A DNA stretch of 64,000 nucleotides from Lama guanicoe (lineage: Eukaryota), in the NCBI GenBank assembly GCA_013239625.1, contig MU053754.1, positions 1 through 64,000 of the forward strand, read 5' to 3'. Positions within the stretch are counted from its first letter, which is position 1. Each line of letters begins with the position of its first letter. The notes under the pieces are model-generated. The model was not told where the DNA came from, did no database searches, and was given only the letters and a program-made list of their open reading frames with translations. Shown here piece by piece: positions 11,078 to 24,000 of the stretch. Position numbers and translations under genes: made by a program.

Positions 11078-13069
11078 ATCACTATCTGCTCAGTCATGTG
11101 ACAAATAGGTGTTCTTATTTCTTCACGGAGGTGACTTGATGAATAAGTAGGCAGAGCACCCAGAAAACTGCAGCTGTAAAATACGACATTTTGTTTATTT
11201 TCTACATAAAGCGAACCATGAAAATGTGAAGTCCTTAGAAGCACGCATCCACGGTGTCTTGGCCCTCATCTTCTGGGGTCTGAAAGATCTAGGCTGCCTT
11301 CTTAGGGAAGGCAGGGGGTCGGGAACCACAGTCTTTTCTGTGTTGCTGGTACTCGTTTTCATGCCGTCAAAGCCGTGTAGGGAGCCCTGAGCCCCCAGCC
11401 CTAAGCATTTCGCAGGCATCACTAATGGGCATCCTCAGTAATCTTCAGAACCTCTTGGGTGTCTCACGCTGTATATTTAGAGACAGGTGCTAAATTCTAA
11501 ATCCTCCCTGTTACCCACAATAGGGTCATTGCAACTGCTGCAACTCCTGAAAACAGAGTTTCCTGACCTTTCTCGTTTTCTCTTTGAGTTGAGTCGGAGG
11601 GAGGAGTTTTAATTCAACAGTGTGAACATGGATTCTTGGTTTCATGCAGTTTTCTTTGGTACTTGTTCAACCAGCCACTGCCCTCATGGTGCCTCCCGTC
11701 CACTTAGGAAGGAGAGAAACCTTCCAATCTTCCATCCACAGAAGCTGTCTTTACTCGTTTGCTCAGTGACCAAATATTAGCTGTTTAGTGTCAAAGAGTG
11801 TGTTCCCAGAGAAGCAGCTTCTGGCATCCTCTGAGACTCTCTCTGGGGGAGCTGAGGGCGGCAAGCAACGCCACGTAAGGTAACACAGTTAGAGGGTCCA
11901 GGGATGCAGGCGTGAATGTGTTTGCGGACAGGGCTGTCGGCCGCCTCCCACACCAGGTGTGAGGGTCAGCTTGATGGAGAAGAAGGGAACAGATAGAAGA
12001 ATGGGGAGGACGAACGTCGGGGTGGCTGGGTTGGCGTCCAGGTGTCCTTGGAAGGCAGCACCATGTTGTTTTCTCAGGCGAAATCACCACGGGATTCCGG
12101 CTCCACGTGGCTGTCATGCCTCGTGCAGAGACCCACAGCTCCAGTGGGATCCACATGTCCCAGGCCCCTCCACACCCCAGTGAGTTCCCGATGCCATAGG
12201 TTCTGCCAAGGTCTTGTCTCGCTTGCCTGAGTCCTGAGTTCTCTCGGGGTGAGCGCGAGCTCGGGTGGGTGCGTCCTTCAGCCTGGCCCCTGGGTCTGGC
12301 CCGTGGGCATTTAACCGCACCCAAGGGGTGAGGCCTGAGGATGCGTCTGCCCCCGGCTGCGCCGATCCTGGCAGGTCCTGTCCCTCTTCTGAGTATTCAC
12401 TGGGCCGTGTCTGTGGGCATCAGGCAGGGAGTTCCAGGTGTGCCCCTTTCAGCGGTGTCTTCCCCCAGAGTCCTGCAGCCTGTAGTTCCCAACTGGAGTG
12501 CAGTGCCATCGGGTGTGCGTTGGGTGAACGGGATCCCCTCCTCCGGTGTGTTGGCTGCCTTCCGTGAGCCGGCGCCCAGAGCCAACCCAGGCTCTGAACT
12601 TTGCGTCCCTGGAGTTTGGAAAGGTTTGCGTCAGGCCCACGTGTACATGTTGCCTTGTAAAGGCTGCTAGTCTGACACTTACAGCTAATTTTAGAAAGCA
12701 TTTCACATTGAGAGTTTGATGGCCCCAGAATGACTGTCTTTCCACGGTTAGCGGGTGACAGAGCCCGCCTTCCGTAAAGACATGGTTGTGCTTTCATTTT
12801 TCCAGACAGAGTCTGCATTTCAGTTTCGGATAGAAAGGAGAGGTTGCACGGCGATCCAGGGAGAAGGGCATGTTTGGTTTTGGAAACAACCACGCAGGGA
12901 AGAGAGGCTACAATTCAGTTTGGAGCCCACATGGTCCGGGGCTGGTGGGGTGCAGGTAGAGAGCACCCTCTTCTAGAAGGAGAGGGGAGGGTCCCAGAGA
13001 AGGAGAAGTGTCCCCCTCACGCCGCCAGCACCCCTCACGCATCTCTTCCCCTCTGCCCTCTGCAGGAAG

Positions 13070-13206
13070 ATGAGGACCCTTCTGCTCGTGATCCTGTTCC
13101 TGTGTGGGGCCCGGAGCCGTGCGAAGTCAAGGCCCAACTTCGTCCTGTTCATGGCGGACGACCTTGGCATTGGGGATCCTGGTTGCTATGGAAACAAGAC
13201 CCTCAG
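13070..13206 (+). CDS. STS: Steroid sulfatase coding exon (human exon 2 equivalent; exon starts 13066): signal peptide and N-terminal metal-binding motif
   Basis: Pyrimidine tract and tgcag acceptor ending 13065. ATG at 13070 reads [45 protein letters not shown](R), matching the [23 protein letters not shown] block. Donor AG|gtgggg at 13206/13207. Confidence 0.97.
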
Positions 13207-14754
13207 GTGGGGCGAAGCGGCTGCCATATGAACACAGGCCTCCCTTCGTAGGGCATCACCCCGTGATGGGGGACACAAGTTCGCAGGGCACAGGCCACGT
13301 GGGGACGTTTAACGCCCCCAGACTACACACCTGGGTGTGTGACTTCACACGTACGGGCGTCAGGAAGGGAGGTGTGAAGGCGTTTCCTGTTTGAATCACC
13401 GTTGGCAGTTGGATAAACTCCAAAGGCTCGCTGGGGAGACATTCACAGTCATTCTTTCTTCCTCGCCGCTACTACGCTGCTTTTTCACACTCTCGTTTTA
13501 ACTCCGTTTGGTTCACTTCCTGTGTTTTGTCTTCTTTTTCGGCGTGTGGCTCTGGTCCCAGTGGGGCCCCGTGCCACCCGGCGTCTGAACTGCTCATTCG
13601 CACCTCTCGACCTGCTTCCCGCTCTGGCCCAGGCTGTTCTGGATGGGCAGGCTGGGGACAGCTGTCCCAAGGACACGGGGCACGTTTGATGATGACAGAA
13701 CTTTCCAAGGGCCAGGGCAGACGGCAGTGGGAGGAAAATAAAACACACAACAGGAGCCGGGCTCAGGGACCGAGGACGGCGTTGCGTGGGTCCCTTTGGT
13801 TTAGAATCGAAGTCGGTCCTTTTGCAGAAGAATATTGGCATTAGCGTTGCACTTTCCCTCTCTCTTTTTTTTCTTTTTTAACTTTCCCTTAAGTTTTTTA
13901 AATCTCTTTATGATCACGGAGGAGGGTTGACATAATGCTGAGTCTTTGCAGGGCTTCATGTCGCACATGACTATTGCGAACGGAATTAAAGGAGAGGAGG
14001 GTTCCACTAGAATTTTCTTGTAAGATCTGTGAATAATTACTCTGAAGCTCGGGACGATGGACAGCTAAGGGTCGCACGGTCGGATTTTTTGTCACTTTGT
14101 TCCCTGGGAACCCTCATCGTCTTACCAGCATGACTGTGCCTCTGGGGAACTGCGTTTCCGTGTTACTGTCAGATCAAACAAAATGAAGTGAATTATTCTT
14201 TGGAGGAGAGCGGGCGAGTGAGACGCAGCCAGACGTGTGTCAGTTCCCACCCGAATCTGTGCATCACATGTTCCTTCTTATTTAAGATGTGTGCTGACCT
14301 ATGACACTTGTTAGATTTAAAAAAAACAAGTATTCAGTGTTCTCTTAAAATTTTAGCAGACCACGTATGTTTCTTTCCCCAACTTTTGCCTCATTTTGTG
14401 AAAAGTTTAGCTCTCACTGGCATTTTTTGACATGAACCTTGTTATTAATTTAATTTTTTAATGAACGTCATGATGACTTCTCTTTTCTTCATTTGAAGTA
14501 TTATTTTTAAATAGCACAAGATATTAGTGTAATATTCGACATGATAGTCCTCAAGTTTGCTGAGGTAGCAGGTGATTCTCCCTACTAAGCTGTCTTAATT
14601 ACAAAGTTGCAGTCAAGCCTTTAAGGTTCAGAGTCTACAAGTTACCAAAAGAAAACAAAACAAAAAAAAAGCTATAAAATCCCAGAAAAGAATTCACGTC
14701 CGTATTACCCTAAATCTGTCTTGCTCTCCGTATGAGAGTCCGCTGGTTTCTAGT

Positions 14755-14893
14755 TGTTCTTTTTTATTTTGCGGGGAGGTGGGAGATGCATGTTATCAGG
14801 TTTATTTGTTCATTTAATGGAGGTACTGGGGATTGAACCCAGGACCTCGTGCATGCCGGGCAAGAACCTTACCGCTGAGCTATTCCCTCCCCC
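14755..14893 (-). mobile_element. tRNA-Ala-derived SINE
   Basis: tggaggtactggggattgaacccaggacctcgtgcatg..ctgagctattccctcccc is the reverse complement of the SINE head. Confidence 0.9.
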
Positions 14894-15876
14894 TCTTAGA
14901 GCCTGCTGCTTTCTGAAGTATGTTTTCTCATTTTACATTTTATAGCATCACAGCGTCGAATCATCAAATTTCTCGGTGCCCAGTCTAGGCACTGGGAGGT
15001 TTAAGTCAGATGCACAGACAGGTTCCGCAAGGGACGAGATGCGGGCCCCCACCCCTCAGGCAGCCGTCTTGCGGGGAGTGAGGTGAGCCACGCCATCCCG
15101 TTACCGGGAGGCGGCTACCTTGGTGGGGGCTACAGAGGGACCTTCTCCACGTGAGACAGGCCCCTCCCAGCGGACAAGGAGGCCGTGGGGAGGGAGGTGT
15201 CACATCTGCACTCAGAACTGAAGTGTAGAAGACGTAGAGCCTGGCAGAGAGGCAAGGGCCGGGGTTCCCTTCGGGGGATGCGGGATAGCCTCTCGGCCTG
15301 GTCGCAGACCTGACGGACCTCCGTTTCTCAGTGCTGAGGGGTCAGGCATGACTTCCTGCGGTTCTGGGCCCAGCCGTTCCTGGAGAAGAGGCCCCAGGAT
15401 GGTGTGTCTTACGTAACATGTCATCCTAGAAGTGAGCCCACGAACAGGGGTTCATTTTGTGTTACAAGCCCTGAGCCCACGAGGGTGTGCGTGACTCACC
15501 GCATGTCGTGGTTTCACACTGGCATGTGTCCATCTGTCCTGGAGTCTGGGAGCCCGTTTGTTACCGGCCACTGGTCGGTGCACGTGGGCCCCATTCTCTC
15601 TTTCTCCAGGGAATTCCCTCACCGCCCCCTTCTTCCTGGGGGCACATGGAAATTAGACAGAGCAGGTGACAGCTGGGTCGGACCTGCTCTTTGACTGTGG
15701 TTGGGAAGAGAAGAGCCAGGCTGCCCCCAGAGCTTTCATTCGGGGGCACAAGGGAACAGGGTAGGGGGCCCAGGTGAGGGAAGGGTGAGACTTTGACCCA
15801 TCTCCCTCCCCCTCCTCACAGCAGCCCATTCTCAAGACTCGGGTCCTCGCTTGTAAACCAGGCCTCGGGGAACTGA

Positions 15877-16287
<411 letters not shown>

Positions 16288-16329
16288 TGATGGCTCTCCC
16301 GTCTTAATGGCTGATTTCTCCTGCTTCAG

Positions 16330-16452
16330 GGATGGCATCTCAGTCCCAGGTGGGGGTTTTCCTCTTCTCGGCCTCTTCGGGAGGACTTCCCCGCAGTGAG
16401 ATTACGTTTGCTAAGCTTCTGAAGACGCAAGGCTATTCAACAGCTCTAATAG
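16330..16452 (+). CDS. STS: STS exon 4 equivalent (123 bp)
   Basis: Acceptor cttcag|GG. Reads (G)[40 protein letters not shown](G). Donor G|gtacgg. Preceded by an 89-bp intron. Confidence 0.98.
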
Positions 16453-16915
16453 GTACGGGCCGCGGAGGGGGAGGCGAGGACCGGGACGAGATGAGTGCGA
16501 GAGTGGGGAGGGCGCGAGAGCAGCCTTCTTAAGGGTGACGCTGCTGACACAGTTTGCACAACTGTAAATAGGGAAGACATGATTTCAGTTCTAAATCAAA
16601 GCACCATGCCTCTGTGTGTGCTATTTGAGTGTGTAGATGGGCGTCCTTACCTGTGTGTGTGTGTGGATGGATGGGTGACAGATGGGAAGATAGGTGAGAT
16701 AGGTGATGGAGACAGGGATGGATAGTTCAGTCGATGAAATGGATGATGGGTGGAGGGAAAGGACTGTTTGTGGGAAAGGAAGTGAACGTGGTCGGGTAGG
16801 GTTTGGCGGATGGATGTGCAGAAAGAGCCCGCTTTGCTGTGCGTGGGAGCCGGAAGTGCTCCTTCACGTCAGGGTGTTCACTGGGACTAAACGTGCCGCC
16901 CATTTCTCTGCTCAG

Positions 16916-17339
16916 GGAAGTGGCACCTGGGGACCAGCTGTCACAACAGAGCCGACTTCTGCCACCACCCCTTAAGCCACGGCTTCGACTACTTCCACGG
17001 GCTCCCGGTGACCAACCTGAGGGACTGCAAGCCTGGAGATGGCACTGTCTTCACCGCGGCCTTCCAGCTGCTGGTCTTCTCGCCCCTGCAGGTCATCGGC
17101 ATCACGCTGCTCACCCTGGCGGTGCTCAAGTACCTGGGGCTGCTCCGCGTGCCCCCTGCCGCCTTCTTCTGCCTCCTCTTCCTGGCCGCCCTGATCCTCG
17201 TCCTCCTGCTGGCCTTCCTCCATTACTTCCGGCCCCTGAACTGCTTCCTGATGAGGGACCACGACATCAGCCAGCAGCCCATGTCCTACGACAACCTCAC
17301 GCAGCGGCTGACGGCGGACGCGGCCCAGTTCCTACAACG
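16916..17339 (+). CDS. STS: STS exon 5 equivalent (424 bp): GKWHLG motif and the two transmembrane helices
   Basis: Acceptor ctcag|GG. Reads [41 protein letters not shown]...[20 protein letters not shown]...[33 protein letters not shown]...[17 protein letters not shown](R). Donor CG|gtgggt. Confidence 0.98.
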
Positions 17340-17415
17340 GTGGGTGTCGCCTCCGGTCCCCATGCTGCCAGCGAGACAGAACACGTGATTTCGGGTATCT
17401 CCACGGGGGAGGGGG

Positions 17416-18052
17416 TGTTGCCGGAGATGGGGTTCTTGTCTCTCCGCAGAGAGAAATCAGAGATAGGACACAGAGGTCAAGAAAGTAAAGTGAGGATGTG
17501 TGAAGTGATAGGACGCTCTCAAGGGGAGAGCGGGCAGGCTCAGGTGAGCGGCTGCCCTGAGTTTCTTCGGCAGGTTGGTTACACAGGGTGTAAAAATGAG
17601 TGGGCCGAATACATTGAGGGGGGAAGGGTGTGGGGTCCTATTCCCTGATTTTCATCCCAACTCCACCTTCTCGAGGGTGGGAGAGATTTTCGTCCTTATT
17701 TAATCTGGATCACAAGTGTCACGGCGGCGGTGCGTGATGGGTGCTTCTAATCTGCAAGGCTAATTTTGTTGTAATGAGGGCATAGTGAGCAGAAGGCTAC
17801 ATTCGGACACTGCAGATTCCTGCCCTTTTCCCCCTTTTTTGTCAGCCTCCAGGGCACTTGCCAGCCTACAATGTGTGACCACTCATCAGCCCAGAGGTTC
17901 CTGCTTTCCTTTCTCTGCCCACGGGGCCCCTGGTGCTTACATGATGTTGGTTTTCCTGTATTTGTCCCCCTGCCTCTCTTTTTGCCCAATTCCTGCCATC
18001 TGGCCTGAGTCCCCCTTTCTCTGCTCATGTCTGGCTGTCTTCCTGCTCTCAC
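17416..18052 (-). mobile_element. Probable ERV solo LTR; boundaries approximate
   Basis: Begins tgttgccggagatggggttcttgtct..gacacagaggtcaagaaagtaaagtgagg, resembling the reverse U5/R of artiodactyl ERV LTRs, and ends near ..ctctcaca. No clear TSD. Confidence 0.55.
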
Positions 18053-21000
18053 AGAAGCACGGGGTGGTCCTCCTCAGCATGTTTCCCCTCCCATGCTTAG
18101 TGGGTTTCCCCAGCCTGGCTCTCTGCAGGACGGATGGGGGAAATGAAATGGCACGTGTTGGGGGCTGGGGGGCTGGTCTCAGGAATAACGATGCTGTAGG
18201 CTCTCCCCACAGACACTTTGCCAGTTTCCCCATGTCCTGTGCTTGTGAAGCCACACCCCAAGAAGCTCTGTGGGATGACAGCTGTGGGAAGAGGGGACTG
18301 TGTATCAACACAGTCTTGAATCTTCCAATGGGCGAGCAAGAGAGGAAAAGGAACTGTGCGTTGTTGACTGTAGACGTTGCCCTCGTGATGTGAACAATGT
18401 GGAGAGAGCCAAGTGTTCTAGGCACGTTTCTGAGCAAAACCACCCCGTGAGGGCACTGGGTGATCCCTCTGGGGTCTGTTAGAGCTGCTTGAGTTTATAC
18501 TTTTGGGGGACTGCAGTCAGCCAAGGGGATGACCAGGAACAGAGACACTGACACAAGTCTCTCTCAGTAACACTGGCTGTTAAAAACAAACAAAATGTTT
18601 TGTTCCCTTTGTAACGTGAGACGACTGTCGATAGACAAAGATGGAAACTCGATGTGGAAATCAGATGTTTGGTCTTGGTGGGTCCTTGCTACGCCCGTGA
18701 GAGCAGGTCTGTTCAGGCAGCAGACAGTGGGGAAACCTCTAAGATGGTGCGTTGAATGATGTAACGTAATTCGACTCTTTAGAGAAGGGGGAGGTGTTAC
18801 CTGGCCGTCATGCTCGTGAACATCTATGTCTGTGATTTTGCATGTGGAGGTACCATTGGGTCATCATGCCTTCGGTAAGCCGAGCCATCTGCCCGCAACG
18901 CCAGAGGTGGGCATCCCTGGGGCGGCCACCCACATCCTGGGCACGGCGCTTGCTCAGGACTGTCCGTGGTGGGGTTGCCTTTAATAGCTTAGTACGTGGT
19001 GGCAAGTGAAATTGGGTCATTAGAAGTTCCCACAGGTAGACCAAGAAAGGGAGAGGGGAGACGCTCTTGACTGGAGGTGCAGAATTGCGATTCCTCAGAC
19101 TTTGTGTTGGGAGATCCTGGGGTGTCGGTTGAAAGTGGAGAGTGCCAGTCCTCTCTGTGGAAATTCCTGCTGGGTAGCTCGAAGGTGACAACACTGTACC
19201 TCCCCAAGAGGTGTTTAACTGAAACGCAAGTTTCCTGAAATGATTTTATTTTCTCTGTAGAGTGATCACTTCTGATGCGTTCCACCTGATCCTGTTCTGT
19301 TTCTTTCTTTTTGTTTTTTTAATATCTGACTGTGACACTCCATTCATGTCATGACTCAGCCCTCGGTCCCAGTCTGCATGGTTGACAAAGCTTTCACCTC
19401 GCCAGTTAAACTTGCAGTGTCTTATAAACAAGAGAGGGGCCGTTCCAAGGTAGAACGGTGTTCCACGGAGGTCAAACCTATCCTCTTAAGCCAAAACGCA
19501 CAAAAAAGTCTGCTGTTTGGCAAATTTGCCAGTATAGCTGGACCACTCTCCGTCTACAGCCATCTCTCAGAAACATGCGGGGAGGAGATTAATACTTCAG
19601 AGCTCAATGCAAAATGACAGAGATCAAGAATGTTGCTCAGCTTGCAGGGTGAATCACTTTTTTTTTCCATGTGGTATTTGGACGAAAAAGATTGAATCTA
19701 TACAGACTTTGAATATTTATATGATTACAAGACGTTTTCATGAGTTCCTCAGCGTATGATTTTAGGAGGGCGGCAAAGCGAATTTGATCAGCTTCGGGAT
19801 GTTGAAGCCCAGCCAGTTTTTCTTGATTATGTCGGCGTTTCTTACATTTTCTTCCAGAAGTAGAGATTCGGGTGTTCTAGCAACACCATAGTGGAGGTTC
19901 TGGTTACTGAGGTTTTTTTGGGTTTTTTTAAGGGTTTAGTCTTCAAAGAGGTGACTGTAGAGTGAATGACCACTGCCCACGTTGGAGCACTGCACAGATG
20001 GTCAGTATTAGTGACCATGCTGCCATGTGTTTACCACGAGGCCATTCTCAAAAAAACTTCTGCATCTGTTATCTGATGATTCAACGATTTAAAGCATCTC
20101 CGTAAAGTCTCCCCTGGGTGACACTGTCTTCCTGTGTTACATGGTACATGTCTGATCTGCTGAAGGCTGATGTCCACGGTTCTTCAGAGAATTGCCTTAA
20201 TGTGACACCAGAGAATCATAACCCACGGTGACAATACCATTTCTATAAACTTTTGTTTTCAGGGATCCAGAGACACATTTATATGAGTTATCTCATTGAC
20301 CAGAGTGTCTTGAATCATTGGGGCAGGTCTCACCAGCTTTGTGAGACACGCATTTGGGGCTCATCAGAAGCAGGGACAGCTCATCCAAGCAATGACAGTG
20401 TCTGTGAGATTGACTCAGGTGCCTTGGCATCAGAATTTCCCAGTCGAAACCAGTGCCTTATTTCAGTGGATTGCTGTGGAAACAGTTTTCGGGGGGATAC
20501 AGCTCCCCTTCAGTGCACTTGTCAGAGGCGATGAGGAAAAGGATTTAAACGCTCATTTCTAACATTTATATTCTGTCTCTGAGCCTGGGGACTGAAATGG
20601 TTTCTGCTCAAGGGTTTGTTCTCGAGATGCTGACTTCAGATTGGAAGACACGAATGACGGGGACCTAAGGGGGAGGCACTTGATTGCTTCTTGGTCCTCT
20701 CAAGTGTGGTCTGCTTAGCTGCATTCAGGTCCATGCATCAGGATTACAAGTGTGTACTTCCAAATTGAAGAGAGCGATGGCTTGGAATATATAACCGTGC
20801 CCTCCACCACGATCCCTCACCCTAATTGACTCTTTTAGGGATAAAATTTGTCTTGGGAAGACGTTTCTATGGCTAGAGAGGTAGATAATTAGCTCACCAT
20901 ATGTTATAAGCTGTGTAGTAATTCAAGACATAGGGCATCCTTAATATACTTTAATTAGCAAGAAATCCCTGTTGCTCTTGCAGGCAGGAATGACCTGTAG

Positions 21001-24000
21001 ATTTCTTGAGAGATACTCAACTCCCCTCATGTGCGCCGAAGGAAGGGTCCTTCAGCCATCCTGCGTTCCTCCCGTGCCGTGACTCTCTTCCGTGCTTTGT
21101 GAAACAGGTCCAGCTGGGGTGCCCAGCGTGGGGCATGTTCACGTGTAACCGGCACGGATTAATTACATGCGGTAGGCACTGCGGATACGCACAGCATCTT
21201 GGGCACGTTTCGTAGCCCTCACCTCTTACAAAGCTGCCCAGGGACCCTGGGAGGTGGGTAAAGAGATGGCTTCTTGTGGGAGAATTGGAGACTGAAAACT
21301 TGTGAGTGATGGCAAAAGCCGCACAGCCAGTAGTCGGCCGTGGATTAAAACCCACATATAACTCTCCACGAGGGCTCTCTTGAGCGAGCCATGACGAGCT
21401 AGGCATCTTCTTTGCTTCCACACCTATTCTGCCATCTTAGTAGTAAGGTCTGAGTATGGATTCATCGGAAGAGGGTAGGGAGTTCCACACCCCTTCTCCA
21501 AGTGGAGGAGTCCGCGTCTCATACCCCAAAAGGAGAATGCGCCCTGGAGGAGAATGACTCTTACACAAACTTCCACGTGCGTAGTGTAATCATTACTGTG
21601 GCGAGGGAGACAGATCTGGGTGTCCTGAAAAGAAGATAAAGGCTGCGTGGTGATGGATGGTGAACTTAACCAAGTTAATTCTGTTCCCAAGGTAGTTTTT
21701 GTTTTGTTTGAGTCGAGGCCACGTGTACAAAGGTTCGATGCCAGTGGGTAGAGTGGCATTCATGTTTCCAAGGTCCCCCAAAGAGAGAGGTGAATCCGGG
21801 TCATTCTGCTGGGTCAACAGCCAGGTTTGGTGGCTGGTTTCCTGTTTAAATTCTGTGCAAACAGTGCTTCGTTGCTAAGAAAAACGTTTCAGTTGAAAGA
21901 AACCACCGTGTGGTTCTCTGCCAATCAAGACGTGTTCCGTCTGAAGAGGAAATTTTCTGAAACGATGATGACTTTATGCACACCCACTGGATTTGTGTAG
22001 CTCAGGGTGTCCAGTCACCGGATTCATAAATTCATATGAAATTGACCAGGAGTGTTCACTTCTCAAAGTCCTGCTTTACGGAATTTGCGTCACCATATTC
22101 AGTGTGTGTGTGTGTGTGTGTGTTCACGTGTATTTTGAAAGGCTATCGTCAAGAGTGAAATACATGCTAATAACTTCCGTTTGAGTTCATTTGGGGATAT
22201 CTCTCAGGGTTCAGTGTCCTTTAGGGACTGCTGGACAACAGATCCGAAATTTGGGAATGACACAGAGTTCTAGTTTTCATCTCTGGTTCCCCAGAGTTGT
22301 AAGATCGCTTTTTCTGATTTTAACAAAAACCGGTCCGTGACCTCTCTCCATGGGGAAGCCAGCGGGACATCAGAAGTACAGGGAGGGTGAGTAACAGGGG
22401 GAGATCGCCTGCACAGGGAAAGGCTGAGCCCTCAGGGGGTCCTCACAGGGAGGAGCTGCCTGTAGCACTTTTCAGGGTCTGCAGTTTTGTGGTGAATAAA
22501 TACGCCTTTCTTACCAGCACGGCTTGTGTCATCATCACCCCCTAAAAGCTGTGACAGCTGAGAAATGCATCATCGGGAGCTTTGACCTTTTCTCTTGTTC
22601 CGTTGCATCATCATTTGGCTCCATCCGGATCCTGAGATGCGTTTACAGAGCACCTCCAACCCGGCCTTTCCCAGGTCCAGCTGGGCGATGGTGTAAGTGG
22701 CCGTGATGGATGGCTGTGAGCTGACCCAGAGGTGCTTTTGAGAAAAGGGATTGTGGGATGATTTTGTTAGTTCAGAGAAGAGATTAAGCCAGAAAGGAAT
22801 AGGGGCGACACTGATTTTTAATTCATGGGGAGAAGAGTAAATCAAATTGAAGATGAAGGGACACACAGGGACACACACACATAACACGTGCACACACTCT
22901 CAAGAGTGGAAAGGTTAAATAATTAAGGAATGTTCTTGTTCCATAGAGGCACATGGTACTTGACTGGCTTGTCACTTTGATGGTCCAGCGGGATATTAAT
23001 TTAGAGTTGGGAGTGTCCTTTGGATGCGCCCCCTCATTCGGGCTGAGCCAACCGCAAGCTGAACGTGGTCATAGAGGAGGTTTGTCTTCAGCCACACGGG
23101 GTCCGGGTCCACGGCACACCTCCCTGAACGGGGCGTGCACAGAGCACTCTCAGACCACCCCTGTTTCATCCAACGCACAGATCCCTTTCAAGCCCTGGGA
23201 TTATGACCCAGACTGGAACCAGGAAAGGTGAGCTTTGCTGTAATAGATTTTGAAGGACAGGTACGCAGGGGCCCCAGCTGGCAAGGAAACACCTGATGTG
23301 AGGTGCGAGTCTGGGGGCCATGGGGGCTGCACTTGGCCCACCTCATTCAGGCTGCTGAGTCCTGAGGGCCCCAGCTGCCCGCGATCCCGCAGGCATGTGG
23401 GCCGGTGCTCCTGACTTCCCAACCTGCCAGACAAGTCAGAAATCAGAAATATTTTGCAAAGGGGAGCTGTTTGGGGAGAATTTTTCTAAACGGCAAGGGT
23501 CTCAATTTTTTAAATACTAGCTCGGGTTTTTAGCCCTGTGTCCCCATGCTCAGTGAGTGGGTACAAGCACCGTGCTTTGGAACGGGTCCCAGGTACACGC
23601 ATTTCCCACGTTCTGTCCGGTGAGCATGAGGGCCGTCGGCTCACGGCCTTTCAATGTTTCTTTCCTGTCTCCGGGCGGGGAGGGAGCTTGTAGAAGAGGG
23701 GGCCTGTGTTTATACTGTGCGTCAAACTGACAGAGGTGTCCCAAACAGGGCAGAGGGACTGTGCTGGGCTTCTCACAGGCTTCCTTGTTTGTTTTCCGTG
23801 GAGGGTCCATCCAAGGAGGCGCCCCGTCCACTGGGCTGTACCCCCTTCCTTGTAAGACACTGCTGAGCGGCTGGCATCCCTCAGGCAGCCATGCTTCCCC
23901 TAGGTGCTTCCAGAACAAGTCGCGACCAACTCTTAGGCTGGGCGGTCCCCACTCACCGCCCACCTGCATTGTCCCCAGAGATGGTCTGCAAGGATCCTTG

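Noticed and set aside
16803..17648. 281-aa alternative-frame ORF and 96-aa antisense ORF over exon 5
   Set aside because: Expected by-products of the extreme GC3 of exon 5. There is no recognisable domain and the long ORF runs into a probable LTR.
19998..20018. Near-palindrome ATGGTCAGTATTAGTGACCAT as an oestrogen response element
   Set aside because: The GGTCA/TGACC half-sites are 7 bp apart, not the 3 bp of an ERE, and one such palindrome in 64 kb can arise by chance.
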